Position numbers and translations under genes: made by a program. DNA of 46,384 nucleotides from Bdellovibrionota bacterium (lineage in GTDB: Bacteria; Bdellovibrionota_C; UBA2361). Of this stretch, positions 27,672 through 37,299 are shown one piece after another. Position 1 is the first letter of the stretch, and each line of letters begins with the position of its first letter. Where the stretch lies: positions 1 to 46,384 of the forward strand of contig JBGSNS010000013.1 of the NCBI GenBank assembly GCA_041739515.1, in the 5' to 3' direction. Below the pieces are notes generated by a model, which was given only the letters and a program-made list of their open reading frames with translations, had not been told where the DNA came from and did not search any database.

Positions 27672-29423
27672 ATGCGAGCGGCTTACTCAAAGGTTCCGGA
27701 ACTGACGCTTCAAACCCCGGAGGTTCTGCGAGTACTTCCGCCCAAAATTTTAAACACCGCACAGCTCCAAGAGAAGAGCGCTCTAATAGCAAACGGCACT
27801 CACCCACTATCAGCTGAGTTTTGTGCGAGACGCGAAATTTGTGATCCTCCCTCGTTTCTAAAGCCTTCGCTCGATGAGCTTCCGTTTCCGCTAAAACTTC
27901 CCGGAGTTTCTGAAGGTTGTAAAATTGTAATGAAACACAGAAAGAACGCCGAGAGACCGAAGGCTTTCATCGCTGCGGACTTTGATGTCGATGGAATTAC
28001 CTCGGCTGCGATCGTGTACTCAGCGTTATCGACTCTCGGATTCGACGTAACGACGAAAACTCCGTGTCGTCAACGAGAGGGGTACGGGTTTAATAAGCGG
28101 CTTTTAGATGAGGCCGTTCAGTCCGGAGCAAAGCTGCTATTCCTGCTTGATTTCGGCACTCAGCAAAAAGAGCTAATAGAAGCGGCTAAAAAGCGAGGTC
28201 TCGATGTGATCGTAATCGATCATCACTTGTGCGCCGCTGATGAAAGAGCGTCCCCCGATGCATTGATCAATCCACGTGGTATGTACTCCGGGTGCACCTT
28301 CATGTCAGCCGGTGGTCTAAGCTATATGTTCTGCTTAGGCTTAAGCGAAGTGCTCCCGAATGTAGCATTCAAAGAGGAGGAGTGGCTCGGGCTTGCCGTG
28401 GTCTCAACCGTTGCGGATGTGGTTCCGTTGGTAGAGGAGAATAGAGCACTGGTCCGCCACGGACTTCAGTTTCTTGCAGAAAATGAGGGGCTTCAAACAC
28501 TATCGAAGAAGCTGAATTTGAGCGGTGAAATCACTCCAAGCGATGTAGCGTTTCGCCTAGCTCCTACGATGAACGCTCCCGGAAGAATCGTAGAGAAAGG
28601 AGGTGATCTTGTCTTAGATCTCTTAACCTCAAAGACAGCTCTCACCGTAGCTGGAGAAGAAGCCGCTGACTTGTTGATTGCGTGCAATTCAGCGCGAAAG
28701 AAGCGTGAAAAAATCGACTTGGCGTTGGCTGAGAACATCATTGCCAGAACTGGACTTAAGCGAGCCATCTGCGTCGCAGACGATCGTTTCGACCCAGGGC
28801 TTGCTGGATTGGTCGCTGCTAGACTCGCAGAACGTTATCACAGACCGGCAGCGGTAATAGCGCTGTGTGAGCGTCTGGGAGGACGTGCATCAGTACGTAG
28901 CGGACCGATTTTCAATACTCACTTAGCGCTGGAGCGGTGCGCTCAGTTCCTTCTGCGGTTTGGCGGGCACCATGCTGCGGGTGGTTTTACAATTACGACC
29001 GATAATGTACCTGCGTTTATCAACGCTTTTAATGCCGAAGCGCAAGCACAACTCGGGGATTTCGTGCCACACGAAGTAGTCTCTGATTTTACGACGTCCG
29101 CTGAGGAACTAAGCTTAAACGCTGATAAGCTTCTCAACGGATTGTCAGCTTGCGAACCATTCGGCTCAGCTCATCCAGCTCCGATTTGGTTTGTGCCTCA
29201 GGTAAAATTGAGAAAAGTTCACGAAATCGCGCACCATCATCTTCTTCTTGAGTTCGGTGATAACGATGGACGATTCGGAGCGTATCTTTTTAATAATCCA
29301 CGCCATCCGATTAAGGGTATGTACGGCAAGTCGCTTGATATCGGCGTTAAACTATCACGCGCCAGACTTAGCAATGAAGGTGGAAGAAGTGCGCCGATGA
29401 TAGAGTTCTGTGGAATTAGGTAG
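27672..29423 (+). CDS. recJ: RecJ-family ssDNA 5'-3' exonuclease (DHH/DHHA1)
   Basis: DFDVDGITS, REGYG, LLDFG, IDHH, TVADVVPL..ENR, LAPTMNAPGR, GLVAARL, FGGHHAAGG, EPFG..HPAP. Begins 2 nt after the helicase stop. Confidence 0.92.
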   Translation: MRAAYSKVPELTLQTPEVLRVLPPKILNTAQLQEKSALIANGTHPLSAEFCARREICDPPSFLKPSLDELPFPLKLPGVSEGCKIVMKHRKNAERPKAFIAADFDVDGITSAAIVYSALSTLGFDVTTKTPCRQREGYGFNKRLLDEAVQSGAKLLFLLDFGTQQKELIEAAKKRGLDVIVIDHHLCAADERASPDALINPRGMYSGCTFMSAGGLSYMFCLGLSEVLPNVAFKEEEWLGLAVVSTVADVVPLVEENRALVRHGLQFLAENEGLQTLSKKLNLSGEITPSDVAFRLAPTMNAPGRIVEKGGDLVLDLLTSKTALTVAGEEAADLLIACNSARKKREKIDLALAENIIARTGLKRAICVADDRFDPGLAGLVAARLAERYHRPAAVIALCERLGGRASVRSGPIFNTHLALERCAQFLLRFGGHHAAGGFTITTDNVPAFINAFNAEAQAQLGDFVPHEVVSDFTTSAEELSLNADKLLNGLSACEPFGSAHPAPIWFVPQVKLRKVHEIAHHHLLLEFGDNDGRFGAYLFNNPRHPIKGMYGKSLDIGVKLSRARLSNEGGRSAPMIEFCGIR

Positions 29424-29457
29424 AGGTACAAGCCCAGATCTTGAAGCACGGACCTTG

Positions 29458-29492
29458 GTCCGCGGTCCAAAGTCCAAAGTCCAAAGTTCAAT
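29458..29492. repeat. Heptamer tandem repeat (GTCCAAA x3 plus degenerate units) between convergent genes
   Basis: GTCCGCG-GTCCAAA-GTCCAAA-GTCCAAA-GTTCAAT, overlapping a small hairpin CGGACC-TT-GGTCCG. Confidence 0.85.
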
Positions 29493-29494
29493 AC

Positions 29495-30286
29495 TCAACG
29501 ATCCCTCAACACATCCACCATATCGAAGGTCACGCCACGCATCCCAGCGTTCCACTTAGCTAACGCGAACGTACACGCCTTCAATGCCCCAGAAGCATAC
29601 ATTTCTCTGCCACTTGTTCGATGCTCCAGCGCGATCGTCATTCCGTCGCGCTCTCCTTCGTACCGATGCCAACCATGACCGGCGATAAATTCCTCCGGTA
29701 CTTTAAGTTTGCGTTGCTGTTCTGGATCCCGAACGCTCGTGATGTGCTCCAAATCGGCGTCTGAAAAACCTAGCGCCTGAAAAGTCGGTAATAATGCGCG
29801 CGCTGTTCCGCTCACATCCTTCTTGCCCTGTTGATGACTCTCAGTGCAGGTCCAAGAAAAGCCCTCAAAGGCTCCTGGAAATTCTTTAGCTGCAGTTCGC
29901 AAAATTGCTTGTAGCGCGACCATCGGCAGAGCAACATTTGTTCCAAACACCACGAGTCCATTATTGCTCACGATTAGATCCCTTACCGCGGAGGTATCGA
30001 AATTCGATGCTCCGATGACCACCGGTATTCCAAGCTCAATCCAAAGTGCGGTGTACTCCTTAACGCTGGGCGAAAAATCTAACGCCACGTAATCGCATCC
30101 CGTCTTCAGGGTCTCAGCCAATTTATTGGCGGATACAAGTTTGATCTCGCTTCCACCCTTGTGAGTCCAAGATGTCCCAGCATTTCGCTCAGATGAAACT
30201 GCGCATGAATGAAGTAAATCTGATTGAGTTCCGTCGGCCACAGCAGAAGCTACTTTTCCCGGCAATCCAGCAAGAACGATTTTCAT
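29495..30286 (-). CDS. dapB: 4-hydroxy-tetrahydrodipicolinate reductase, plant-like DapB subtype
   Basis: GLPGKVA nucleotide-binding loop, ESHQQGKKDVSGTA catalytic motif, VPEEFIAGHGWH and GREMYASG of the plant-type subfamily. Confidence 0.85.
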   Translation of the reverse strand: MKIVLAGLPGKVASAVADGTQSDLLHSCAVSSERNAGTSWTHKGGSEIKLVSANKLAETLKTGCDYVALDFSPSVKEYTALWIELGIPVVIGASNFDTSAVRDLIVSNNGLVVFGTNVALPMVALQAILRTAAKEFPGAFEGFSWTCTESHQQGKKDVSGTARALLPTFQALGFSDADLEHITSVRDPEQQRKLKVPEEFIAGHGWHRYEGERDGMTIALEHRTSGREMYASGALKACTFALAKWNAGMRGVTFDMVDVLRDR

Positions 30287-30298
30287 AGTGAGAAATCT

Positions 30299-33223
30299 CT
30301 ATGATACAAGCTGCGTCACACTTAACCCCGCAGCAGCTAAACCAGCTTCGCCACCTACGACACACACCCGTTCAGTTTTCGCAGCAGCTTGCACAATATC
30401 AGCGATTTCTTTGAGCTGCTTCGCCGTGGTCGACAATACCTCTAATCGGTCTTGAGCTTTACGCTCAGGCGTAAACCCGACTTGCCGCTCGATAAAGGTC
30501 GATAACGCTTTGCCGAACACGGATTGAGGCGCATCGTAACCACGAATCACTGCGATTATCCCTCTATCAATCTCGTCCACTGAGAGCGCCTGCGTCTTGA
30601 GCCAATGTGGAATCTCGCGGAACACTTTTAGCGTCGTCTCCAATTCTGGATCTCGATAACTTGTGCAGCTAAACAAATTGGTAGAAGAATTAAATCCGCA
30701 GCTTACCCCGTAAGCTCCTCCCTGAAATCGTACTCGATCAAGCAAATAATTTCCCCAAACAAGCTGACCAAAAACGCGATTTGCACCGTGATCTTTTAAT
30801 CCGACGGATTCACAGTCAATCACGCGCGCCACATAATTCACTTGGCTAGGAATACTTAATCCCTCTCCGTCAGTATTCGCTACAGTTGTCGCTACCCGTG
30901 GAGCGGGCTTAAGCGAAAGCTTTCTCGATCCACCAACCTCCCCTGCAAGATCAGCAATCGCTTTTATGGCTTCCTCTCTAACCTCTGCATCCGCGACTAC
31001 GAGCGCCTCATAATTAGAACTCAGCAGGGCTTGGGAAGCCTGAATAATCTTTTCCGCGAGTTCGTCGAAATTTCTCTCGGCTAGAGCTGCCATTTCACGC
31101 ATCCAAAACACCGAACTCACTCCGGACATCTGATCTTGGACTGCGTTTAAGGGTCTAAATGATCTAGCAGCCCTACTAGCCGCATATCGATTAGCGGATG
31201 GAACGATCCCTTGCTCGTCGCGCTTTACGTACTCTCTCAGTAACTTCGTGACTCGCTCTTTCTCCGTAAGCTTAGCTGACGTCAGCACTTCATGCGCCAA
31301 TGCGGTCATTTCTCTCACGTTTCGATTCAAGGCCCGCCCTTGAAGCACGAAGCGTGACATCAATCTACGCTCGGTCTGGTGCATAGAAATATCGATACTC
31401 GCGGACAATCCGCCCGTCATCCTACTTAGCTCGGTTGATAACTCACCAAATGATCTCTTTGCAGTATCGCTACTAAACATCATTCGTGTAGCAAGCATCG
31501 CGTAAGGCAGCTGCTCTTGCGGGATCGAGTCGATATCAAAACTTAAAAGTGAATACACAATGCCGTGAGGATCTAACTCTGCAGTAGATATGGGACCGTG
31601 CTGAATCAGCGGTTGAACTCGCGGAGTCTTAGAAAGCTCCGAAGATCTTACTCTTGGAAGCCTTGCGATATTTTCAGCAGTTTCCGGCTCAGATGCTCTG
31701 CGCTCAAGCTCTGCTGCATCAGCAAGTGCCTGGTCGCGAGCCGATGCTGGCATGGTTGAATACGCTTTCAATAACCTCGCCTGCTCAGCTGCATCCCAAC
31801 TCTTCTGAATATCCGTGCTAGGTTTTAAGGTTAGTAGGACCCGATGAGGATTATTAATGAAGAACTCAGAAATGTACTCCTGAATCACTTCTGGATGAGA
31901 GGTTAAATCATCTCTAAGTTTGGCGAGTTTATCTGAAATCCGTAAATCATGAAGCGGATCCGAGCCGTACAACCAGGGGCTAACTATGTCGAACATAACG
32001 TTGATGCCACGCTCAGCATCATTGGCTCGCTCACGAATACTAAATTCAAATGCATGTAGCGCTGCTTCAATAATCTTTGGTTCAAGCGGCTTTTCCGCTA
32101 ATCTCTGCAACTCACTCATCACAGCTGCTTCAATTTCCGGTGCTTTATCAGCCTCAGTTCCCTCAAATGCAATCTGAAAGAATCCGTTCTTAACGTAATT
32201 TGCATACCCGCCGCGTAGTGCTCGACTTAGATTGCGTCGCTCTAGGCGTTCGTAAAGTGGAGCTCCACGAAATCCCATAATAGCCACTGATAGAAACTCC
32301 AGCATCGTTGTGCGCGGATCATTTCCATCAATCATTCCCCATGCAAGCGACACCCAGCATTGCGCCTCAGCAACGGCCTGCGTCGGAAAATGCGTCTCGA
32401 TAGTTAGTGGTTTAGGGCTGCTCGGTGCGCCATGAATCAACGGAGCTGCATTGCTACTTGAGAATTGATCCATGTATTCGCCAAGTAACGACAGCTCGCT
32501 CATCAAATCTCCGACTCCGTATAAGATGGTGACGGAATTACTCGGCTGATAGTGATCGGTGTGAAACTTCTGAAACTCTTCGTACGTGAGTTCTACGATG
32601 TGCGTTGGATTTCCACCGGAGTCGTGCTGGTAGCAACCTTCCGGAAAAAGAGCGCTGATAATAGCTTTATTAAGATGATAGCCAGGACTCGCGTACATCC
32701 CCTTCATCTCATTAAAGACTATTCCACCGTACGCAAACCCGTCTCCCGTGGGATTTCTCTTAAAGTGCCATCCTTCCCGCATAAAGGTATGGCGCTCCAG
32801 TTTGGGTTGAAATACCGCATCTAAGTAGGCACGCATTAAGTTTAAAAAATCTCGCGGATGAACGCTCGCAACTGGATACACCGTCTGATCCGGCATCGTG
32901 TACGCATTCATGTAGGTGTGGAGCGAAGATTTAATCATCTCGAAAAAGGGGTCTTTAAGCGGATAATTCTTAGAACCGCCAAGTACTGAATGTTCCAATA
33001 TATGGGCACGCCCATCTGATGCTGTGATCGGAGTGCGAAATCCGATACCGAAAACTCTATTCTCATCAGGCGCTGCGACTTTCAGGATCTCTGCACCAGT
33101 TCTATCATGCCGAATTAGATACGTTGGGGCACCAACATCGTGAATGAAATCCTTCCGAATCAAGGAGAATCCGGTCGGTAAAGATACTTCGGGAATTAAA
33201 TCGTTCTGTCCGGAATCACTCAT
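30299..33223 (-). CDS. M16C insulinase-family metallopeptidase (presequence protease PreP/Cym1-like)
   Basis: HILEHSVL (HXXEH), YPLKDPF, MNAYT.PD.TVYP, GIVFNEMKG, SGGNP, RFQGGAYG, SYRDP. Confidence 0.93.
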   Translation of the reverse strand: MSDSGQNDLIPEVSLPTGFSLIRKDFIHDVGAPTYLIRHDRTGAEILKVAAPDENRVFGIGFRTPITASDGRAHILEHSVLGGSKNYPLKDPFFEMIKSSLHTYMNAYTMPDQTVYPVASVHPRDFLNLMRAYLDAVFQPKLERHTFMREGWHFKRNPTGDGFAYGGIVFNEMKGMYASPGYHLNKAIISALFPEGCYQHDSGGNPTHIVELTYEEFQKFHTDHYQPSNSVTILYGVGDLMSELSLLGEYMDQFSSSNAAPLIHGAPSSPKPLTIETHFPTQAVAEAQCWVSLAWGMIDGNDPRTTMLEFLSVAIMGFRGAPLYERLERRNLSRALRGGYANYVKNGFFQIAFEGTEADKAPEIEAAVMSELQRLAEKPLEPKIIEAALHAFEFSIRERANDAERGINVMFDIVSPWLYGSDPLHDLRISDKLAKLRDDLTSHPEVIQEYISEFFINNPHRVLLTLKPSTDIQKSWDAAEQARLLKAYSTMPASARDQALADAAELERRASEPETAENIARLPRVRSSELSKTPRVQPLIQHGPISTAELDPHGIVYSLLSFDIDSIPQEQLPYAMLATRMMFSSDTAKRSFGELSTELSRMTGGLSASIDISMHQTERRLMSRFVLQGRALNRNVREMTALAHEVLTSAKLTEKERVTKLLREYVKRDEQGIVPSANRYAASRAARSFRPLNAVQDQMSGVSSVFWMREMAALAERNFDELAEKIIQASQALLSSNYEALVVADAEVREEAIKAIADLAGEVGGSRKLSLKPAPRVATTVANTDGEGLSIPSQVNYVARVIDCESVGLKDHGANRVFGQLVWGNYLLDRVRFQGGAYGVSCGFNSSTNLFSCTSYRDPELETTLKVFREIPHWLKTQALSVDEIDRGIIAVIRGYDAPQSVFGKALSTFIERQVGFTPERKAQDRLEVLSTTAKQLKEIADIVQAAAKTERVCVVGGEAGLAAAGLSVTQLVS

Positions 33224-33275
33224 AGGAAATCACTGCAAATTTAAAATTTTATGATTTGTACTATACGAGCAATTC

Positions 33276-34181
33276 TCAAAGTCCACGAGCTTTGATTTCG
33301 CCTCGCATCCACTCGATTACCTCTATAGTTGGAGCGAATTTTAAGTCTCTCTGAATCTTCGCTATAACTGCAAGCGTCTCACGGGCCTCACCGGCCCGTG
33401 CCGGAAGATGCTGCGTGGGACGGTTGAAAACTTCAGCCAATTGTACCACCGAGGCATTCGTCCCACTTCCGACGTTATAGATATTTCCGGCAAATTCCTT
33501 GATATTCGCCGAAGCTTTTAGATTCGCCTGCACGATATCCAGAACGTGCACAAAATCGCGCCTCTGCAATCCATCTCCGACAACTGTCAGCGGTTGCCCA
33601 GCCATCGCTTGCCTAAGAAAAATCCCCAAAACGGGGGCGTACTGACCGCGAGTTGGCATCCTGTCTCCGAAAACATTGAAGTATCGAAGAGCAATCGTCG
33701 GCAATCCGTATAATTTTGAGAACATCATACATAGATCTTCTCCGGCAATTTTCGATGTGCTGTATGCATTTAAGTTATCGGTCAGCATTTCCTCATGCAT
33801 GGGGGCTCTATTCTTCAGACCATATGCTGCTGAAGTGGATGAATAGACAAAGGACTTAACCCCCGCATCCCGCGCCGCCTGCAATACATTGCAGGTTCCC
33901 ACGACATTTACTTCCGTTGCCTTGCGCGGATTCTCGACCGCTGGTCCGATCCGTGACTCGGCCGCTAAATGAAATACCGCATCGACTCCTTGCATTACAC
34001 TCATGACCGCATCAAGGTTCAAGATCGACTCCTTAACGTAGTGAGCTTTCGGAAACTTATAAAAAATATCGTTATCAGCGGTCTCGCTGTCTAGGACATG
34101 AACATCATCGCCCCTGGCAATCAACGCCTCGGTCAGATGACTCCCGATAAAGCCGCATCCGCCAGTTACCAATGTTTTCAT
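33276..34181 (-). CDS. NAD-dependent nucleotide-sugar epimerase/dehydratase (extended SDR)
   Basis: TGGCGFIG, HLAA, YSTSK, LRYFNVFG, GDGLQRRDFVHV. Confidence 0.95.
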   Translation of the reverse strand: MKTLVTGGCGFIGSHLTEALIARGDDVHVLDSETADNDIFYKFPKAHYVKESILNLDAVMSVMQGVDAVFHLAAESRIGPAVENPRKATEVNVVGTCNVLQAARDAGVKSFVYSSTSAAYGLKNRAPMHEEMLTDNLNAYSTSKIAGEDLCMMFSKLYGLPTIALRYFNVFGDRMPTRGQYAPVLGIFLRQAMAGQPLTVVGDGLQRRDFVHVLDIVQANLKASANIKEFAGNIYNVGSGTNASVVQLAEVFNRPTQHLPARAGEARETLAVIAKIQRDLKFAPTIEVIEWMRGEIKARGL

Positions 34182-34448
34182 AAAGCTCCCTTTCTCGTAT
34201 GCAGTAGTATCTACTATACAGGGCGAATTTCACCAATCGTCTTCAATCCAATAAGAAAAGGTGTCAGCTCAACACCAAATTGCCAATCTTTCGGTTAGAT
34301 CTTAGAGTTTTGCGACCCATTTTGGCCGATATTTTACTGAACGAACTGTCGATTTAGTCGGTTCTATGATTAGATTTATTATCTCCTCCAGGCTCCCTCA
34401 CGAGAGATGCTCGTCTCGACTGTTGTCTGTCCGCTGTAGAAGTCTATC

Positions 34449-35609
34449 GTGTATTGGATAGCTATAAAAATGTTAGTTGGTGATCGCGGGAAATACATCG
34501 CGATGGTCGCTGGCGTATTTTTTTCCGCATTAGTAATAACCCAACAATCGTCGATTTTCATCGGCTTAATGACGCGCACCTTTAGTTTTATAAACGATAT
34601 GCGCATCGCACAGATCTGGGTCATGGATCCAGGAGTACAGTTTATCGATGATGCTAAACCGCTCCAGAGTACTTTTCTTCTCCGTGTGCGTAGCGTGCAG
34701 GGAGTCGAATGGGCAATGCCGCTTTATAAAGGGATTCTTAAAGCTCGGCTCGCCAATGGAAGGTTTCAATCGTGTAATGTAATCGGCATCGACGACGCGA
34801 CACTTACGGGTGGACCTCCGATTATGGTGCACGGCTCTGTGGCGGATCTGCGACGAGCGGATGGAGTAATAGTCGATGAGGTCGGAGCGCGAGGAAAGTT
34901 AGCGGGCCCCGCAAAAGTACCTGGTGGTCCGCGAACACCATTGCAAATCGGAGATGTCTTGGAGCTGAACGATAATCGTGCAGTCGTTGTAGGGATCGCT
35001 AGGGCTTCCCGCACATTCCAATCTCAGCCGGTGATCTATACGACGTTTTCTCGTGCCACGACGTTTGCGCCGCGTGAGCGACGACAGCTATCTTTTATTC
35101 TAGTTTCTGGAAAATCTGGTGTAGAGGAGCAAGTGTTGATCGATCGGATCAAGCGTCAGACCGGACTTGCTGCTTACTCCTCAGAAGAATTCAAAGATCT
35201 CACTCTCGATTACTTTATGAAGAATACCGGAATTCCAATCAATTTTGGGATTGCTGTCTTTTTAGGCTTTATCGTCGGGGCCGCTATATGTGGTCAAAGT
35301 TTTTACAGCTTTACCGCTGACAACATGAAGTACTTTGGTACGCTGCGAGCAATGGGAGCAACCCCGGGATTGCTTGTTAAAATGTTGCTCCTTCAGGCGC
35401 TAATTGTGGGATTGGTCGGATACGGATTGGGCGTAGGGCTCGCGTCATGCACTAGGTATATCGCTTCTAACTCAGAACTCGCTTTTAGACTTCCCTGGCA
35501 GTTGCCCGTTTTTACGGCCGTAGCAGTTACCTTAGTCTGTACCATCGCTGCTCTACTGAGTATTCGAAAAGTGCTCACTCTTGAACCGGCTATAGTCTTT
35601 AGAGGATGA
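34449..35609 (+). CDS. ABC exporter permease (FtsX/MacB-like, DevC type)
   Basis: IAIKMLVGDRGKY, TM plus periplasmic domain, FGTLRAMGA, LEPAIVFRG. Confidence 0.9.
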   Translation: MYWIAIKMLVGDRGKYIAMVAGVFFSALVITQQSSIFIGLMTRTFSFINDMRIAQIWVMDPGVQFIDDAKPLQSTFLLRVRSVQGVEWAMPLYKGILKARLANGRFQSCNVIGIDDATLTGGPPIMVHGSVADLRRADGVIVDEVGARGKLAGPAKVPGGPRTPLQIGDVLELNDNRAVVVGIARASRTFQSQPVIYTTFSRATTFAPRERRQLSFILVSGKSGVEEQVLIDRIKRQTGLAAYSSEEFKDLTLDYFMKNTGIPINFGIAVFLGFIVGAAICGQSFYSFTADNMKYFGTLRAMGATPGLLVKMLLLQALIVGLVGYGLGVGLASCTRYIASNSELAFRLPWQLPVFTAVAVTLVCTIAALLSIRKVLTLEPAIVFRG

Positions 35610-35610
35610 G

Positions 35611-36333
35611 GTGATCAAGGAACCTGCGATAATTTGTGAGAACGTCACCAAATCGTTTCGACAGGGCGATATTGTTACTCGTGCGCTGCGTGGTGTGAAT
35701 CTTACAGTAAACCAGGGTGAACTACTAATGCTGGTTGGGCCATCAGGCTGCGGAAAAACTACTCTAATTTCGATTATCGCCGGAATTCTAGATAATGATT
35801 CCGGCAGATGCCTCGTCAACGGCTATGATTTTTCAAAATTATCAGAAAGAGAACGTTCAGCGGTCCGAGGCCGAACCATCGGTTTTGTATTTCAATCTTT
35901 CAATCTAATTCCAACCCTTACAGCTGCCGAGAATGTCTGTATTCCGCTTCTCATAGCAGGTAACGAGCGTAAATTAGCGCTTGAGAAGGCGTACGCAATT
36001 CTTGATCGCGTGGGATTGGGGAGCAAGCTGGCGTCGTTTCCAAGAGAGCTCTCGGGCGGTCAGCAACAGCGGGTCGCAATCGCTAGATCGCTCGTTCATA
36101 ATCCTGAGATTCTGGTATGCGATGAGCCCACGTCTGCGCTCGACGAAGTAACGGGACACAAAATTATGGAGATCTTTAAAGAAATTGCTATGAGCGAACA
36201 GCGCACCCTAATAGTTGTTACCCACGACGACAGAATTTACGAATTCGGCGATAGGCTGGCACATATGAACGATGGAGAAATTACAAAAATAGAGACAATG
36301 TCTCAGGATTATATTCGGGAGCCACAGGTATGA
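35611..36333 (+). CDS. ABC exporter ATP-binding protein (DevA/LolD-like)
   Basis: GPSGCGKT, GFVFQSFNL, LSGGQQQR, CDEPT, VTHD. Confidence 0.95.
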   Translation: MIKEPAIICENVTKSFRQGDIVTRALRGVNLTVNQGELLMLVGPSGCGKTTLISIIAGILDNDSGRCLVNGYDFSKLSERERSAVRGRTIGFVFQSFNLIPTLTAAENVCIPLLIAGNERKLALEKAYAILDRVGLGSKLASFPRELSGGQQQRVAIARSLVHNPEILVCDEPTSALDEVTGHKIMEIFKEIAMSEQRTLIVVTHDDRIYEFGDRLAHMNDGEITKIETMSQDYIREPQV

Positions 36334-37253
36334 ATTTATCGACTATTTTAAAAGGAATAAAAACGTACTTTGTTCCCATTCTCGCTCTGTTTGGATTTAT
36401 TTCAGCGATTCGCGCCGTATCCGCAGGAAACCAACAGCCACCGATTGCAATGCCGATAGCGGCTCCGCCTAAAGCACCTTTTACTGATTTCGTCGCAGGC
36501 TCGGGGTTGGTTGAAGCAAGCTCAGAGAATATTTCGATCGCCACTCAGCTTAGTGGTGTAGTGTCTGCGATTCCGGTGACAGTTGGTCAACAGGTAACAG
36601 CTGGGGATCCCCTGTTTAGCATCGATTCACGCTCCCAGTCAGCACGACTTCTCACTGCTGAAGCAGAAGTCCAAGTAGCCAAGGCTCAACTTTCTGACGC
36701 ACGCTCTCTTTTGGAGTTGATCAGGAAGGTTAAGGATATGCGCGCGGTGAGCGAGGAGTTACTTGTTCAACGCAGGTCAAAAGTTGAGACAGCAACAGCG
36801 GAGCTTGCCCGTGCTGAGGCTGCGGCGGAGCAAGAACGAGTGGAGCTTGAGCGGCTGACAGTTAGGGCCCCGATTGCTGGCACGGTACTTCAACTCAGAA
36901 CTAGGGTTGGTGAATTTGCTGCAGCCACCAGAACTTCTGGTGATGCGTTGATGGTATTAGGCGCGACGATTCCGCTACACGTTCGAGTGGATATAGATGA
37001 AAACGATGCTTGGAGAATGAAGGAGGGTTCTGATGCGGTCGGATTTTTACGCGGGAATGCGGCGATTCGAGTTGATTTGGAGTTCGTTCGATTTGAACCG
37101 TATATAGTGCCGAAAAGATCCCTTACCGGTGAGAGCACGGAGCGGGTAGATACGAGGGTGTTTCAAACGATTTACCGCATTATTGGAGCGAATCACCCGA
37201 TTTTTGTGGGGCAGCTGTTAGACGTGTATGTTCGGGCAGCACCTAATCCCTGA
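36330..37253 (+). CDS. Membrane fusion / periplasmic adaptor protein (HlyD/DevB-like)
   Basis: N-terminal anchor, lipoyl half-motifs VTVGQQVTAGDPL and VRAPIAGTV, coiled coil, ERVDTRV. 4-bp overlap with the ATPase. Confidence 0.92.
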   Translation: MNLSTILKGIKTYFVPILALFGFISAIRAVSAGNQQPPIAMPIAAPPKAPFTDFVAGSGLVEASSENISIATQLSGVVSAIPVTVGQQVTAGDPLFSIDSRSQSARLLTAEAEVQVAKAQLSDARSLLELIRKVKDMRAVSEELLVQRRSKVETATAELARAEAAAEQERVELERLTVRAPIAGTVLQLRTRVGEFAAATRTSGDALMVLGATIPLHVRVDIDENDAWRMKEGSDAVGFLRGNAAIRVDLEFVRFEPYIVPKRSLTGESTERVDTRVFQTIYRIIGANHPIFVGQLLDVYVRAAPNP

Positions 37254-37299
37254 TATTTGTACCGCTTTACCGAGAGGTGATAAGGTCGTAGGCAACCGT

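Noticed and set aside
34303-34332. Sigma-28-like GCCGATAT upstream of the exporter operon
   Set aside because: The candidate -35 element (TAGAGTTT) is at the wrong spacing.
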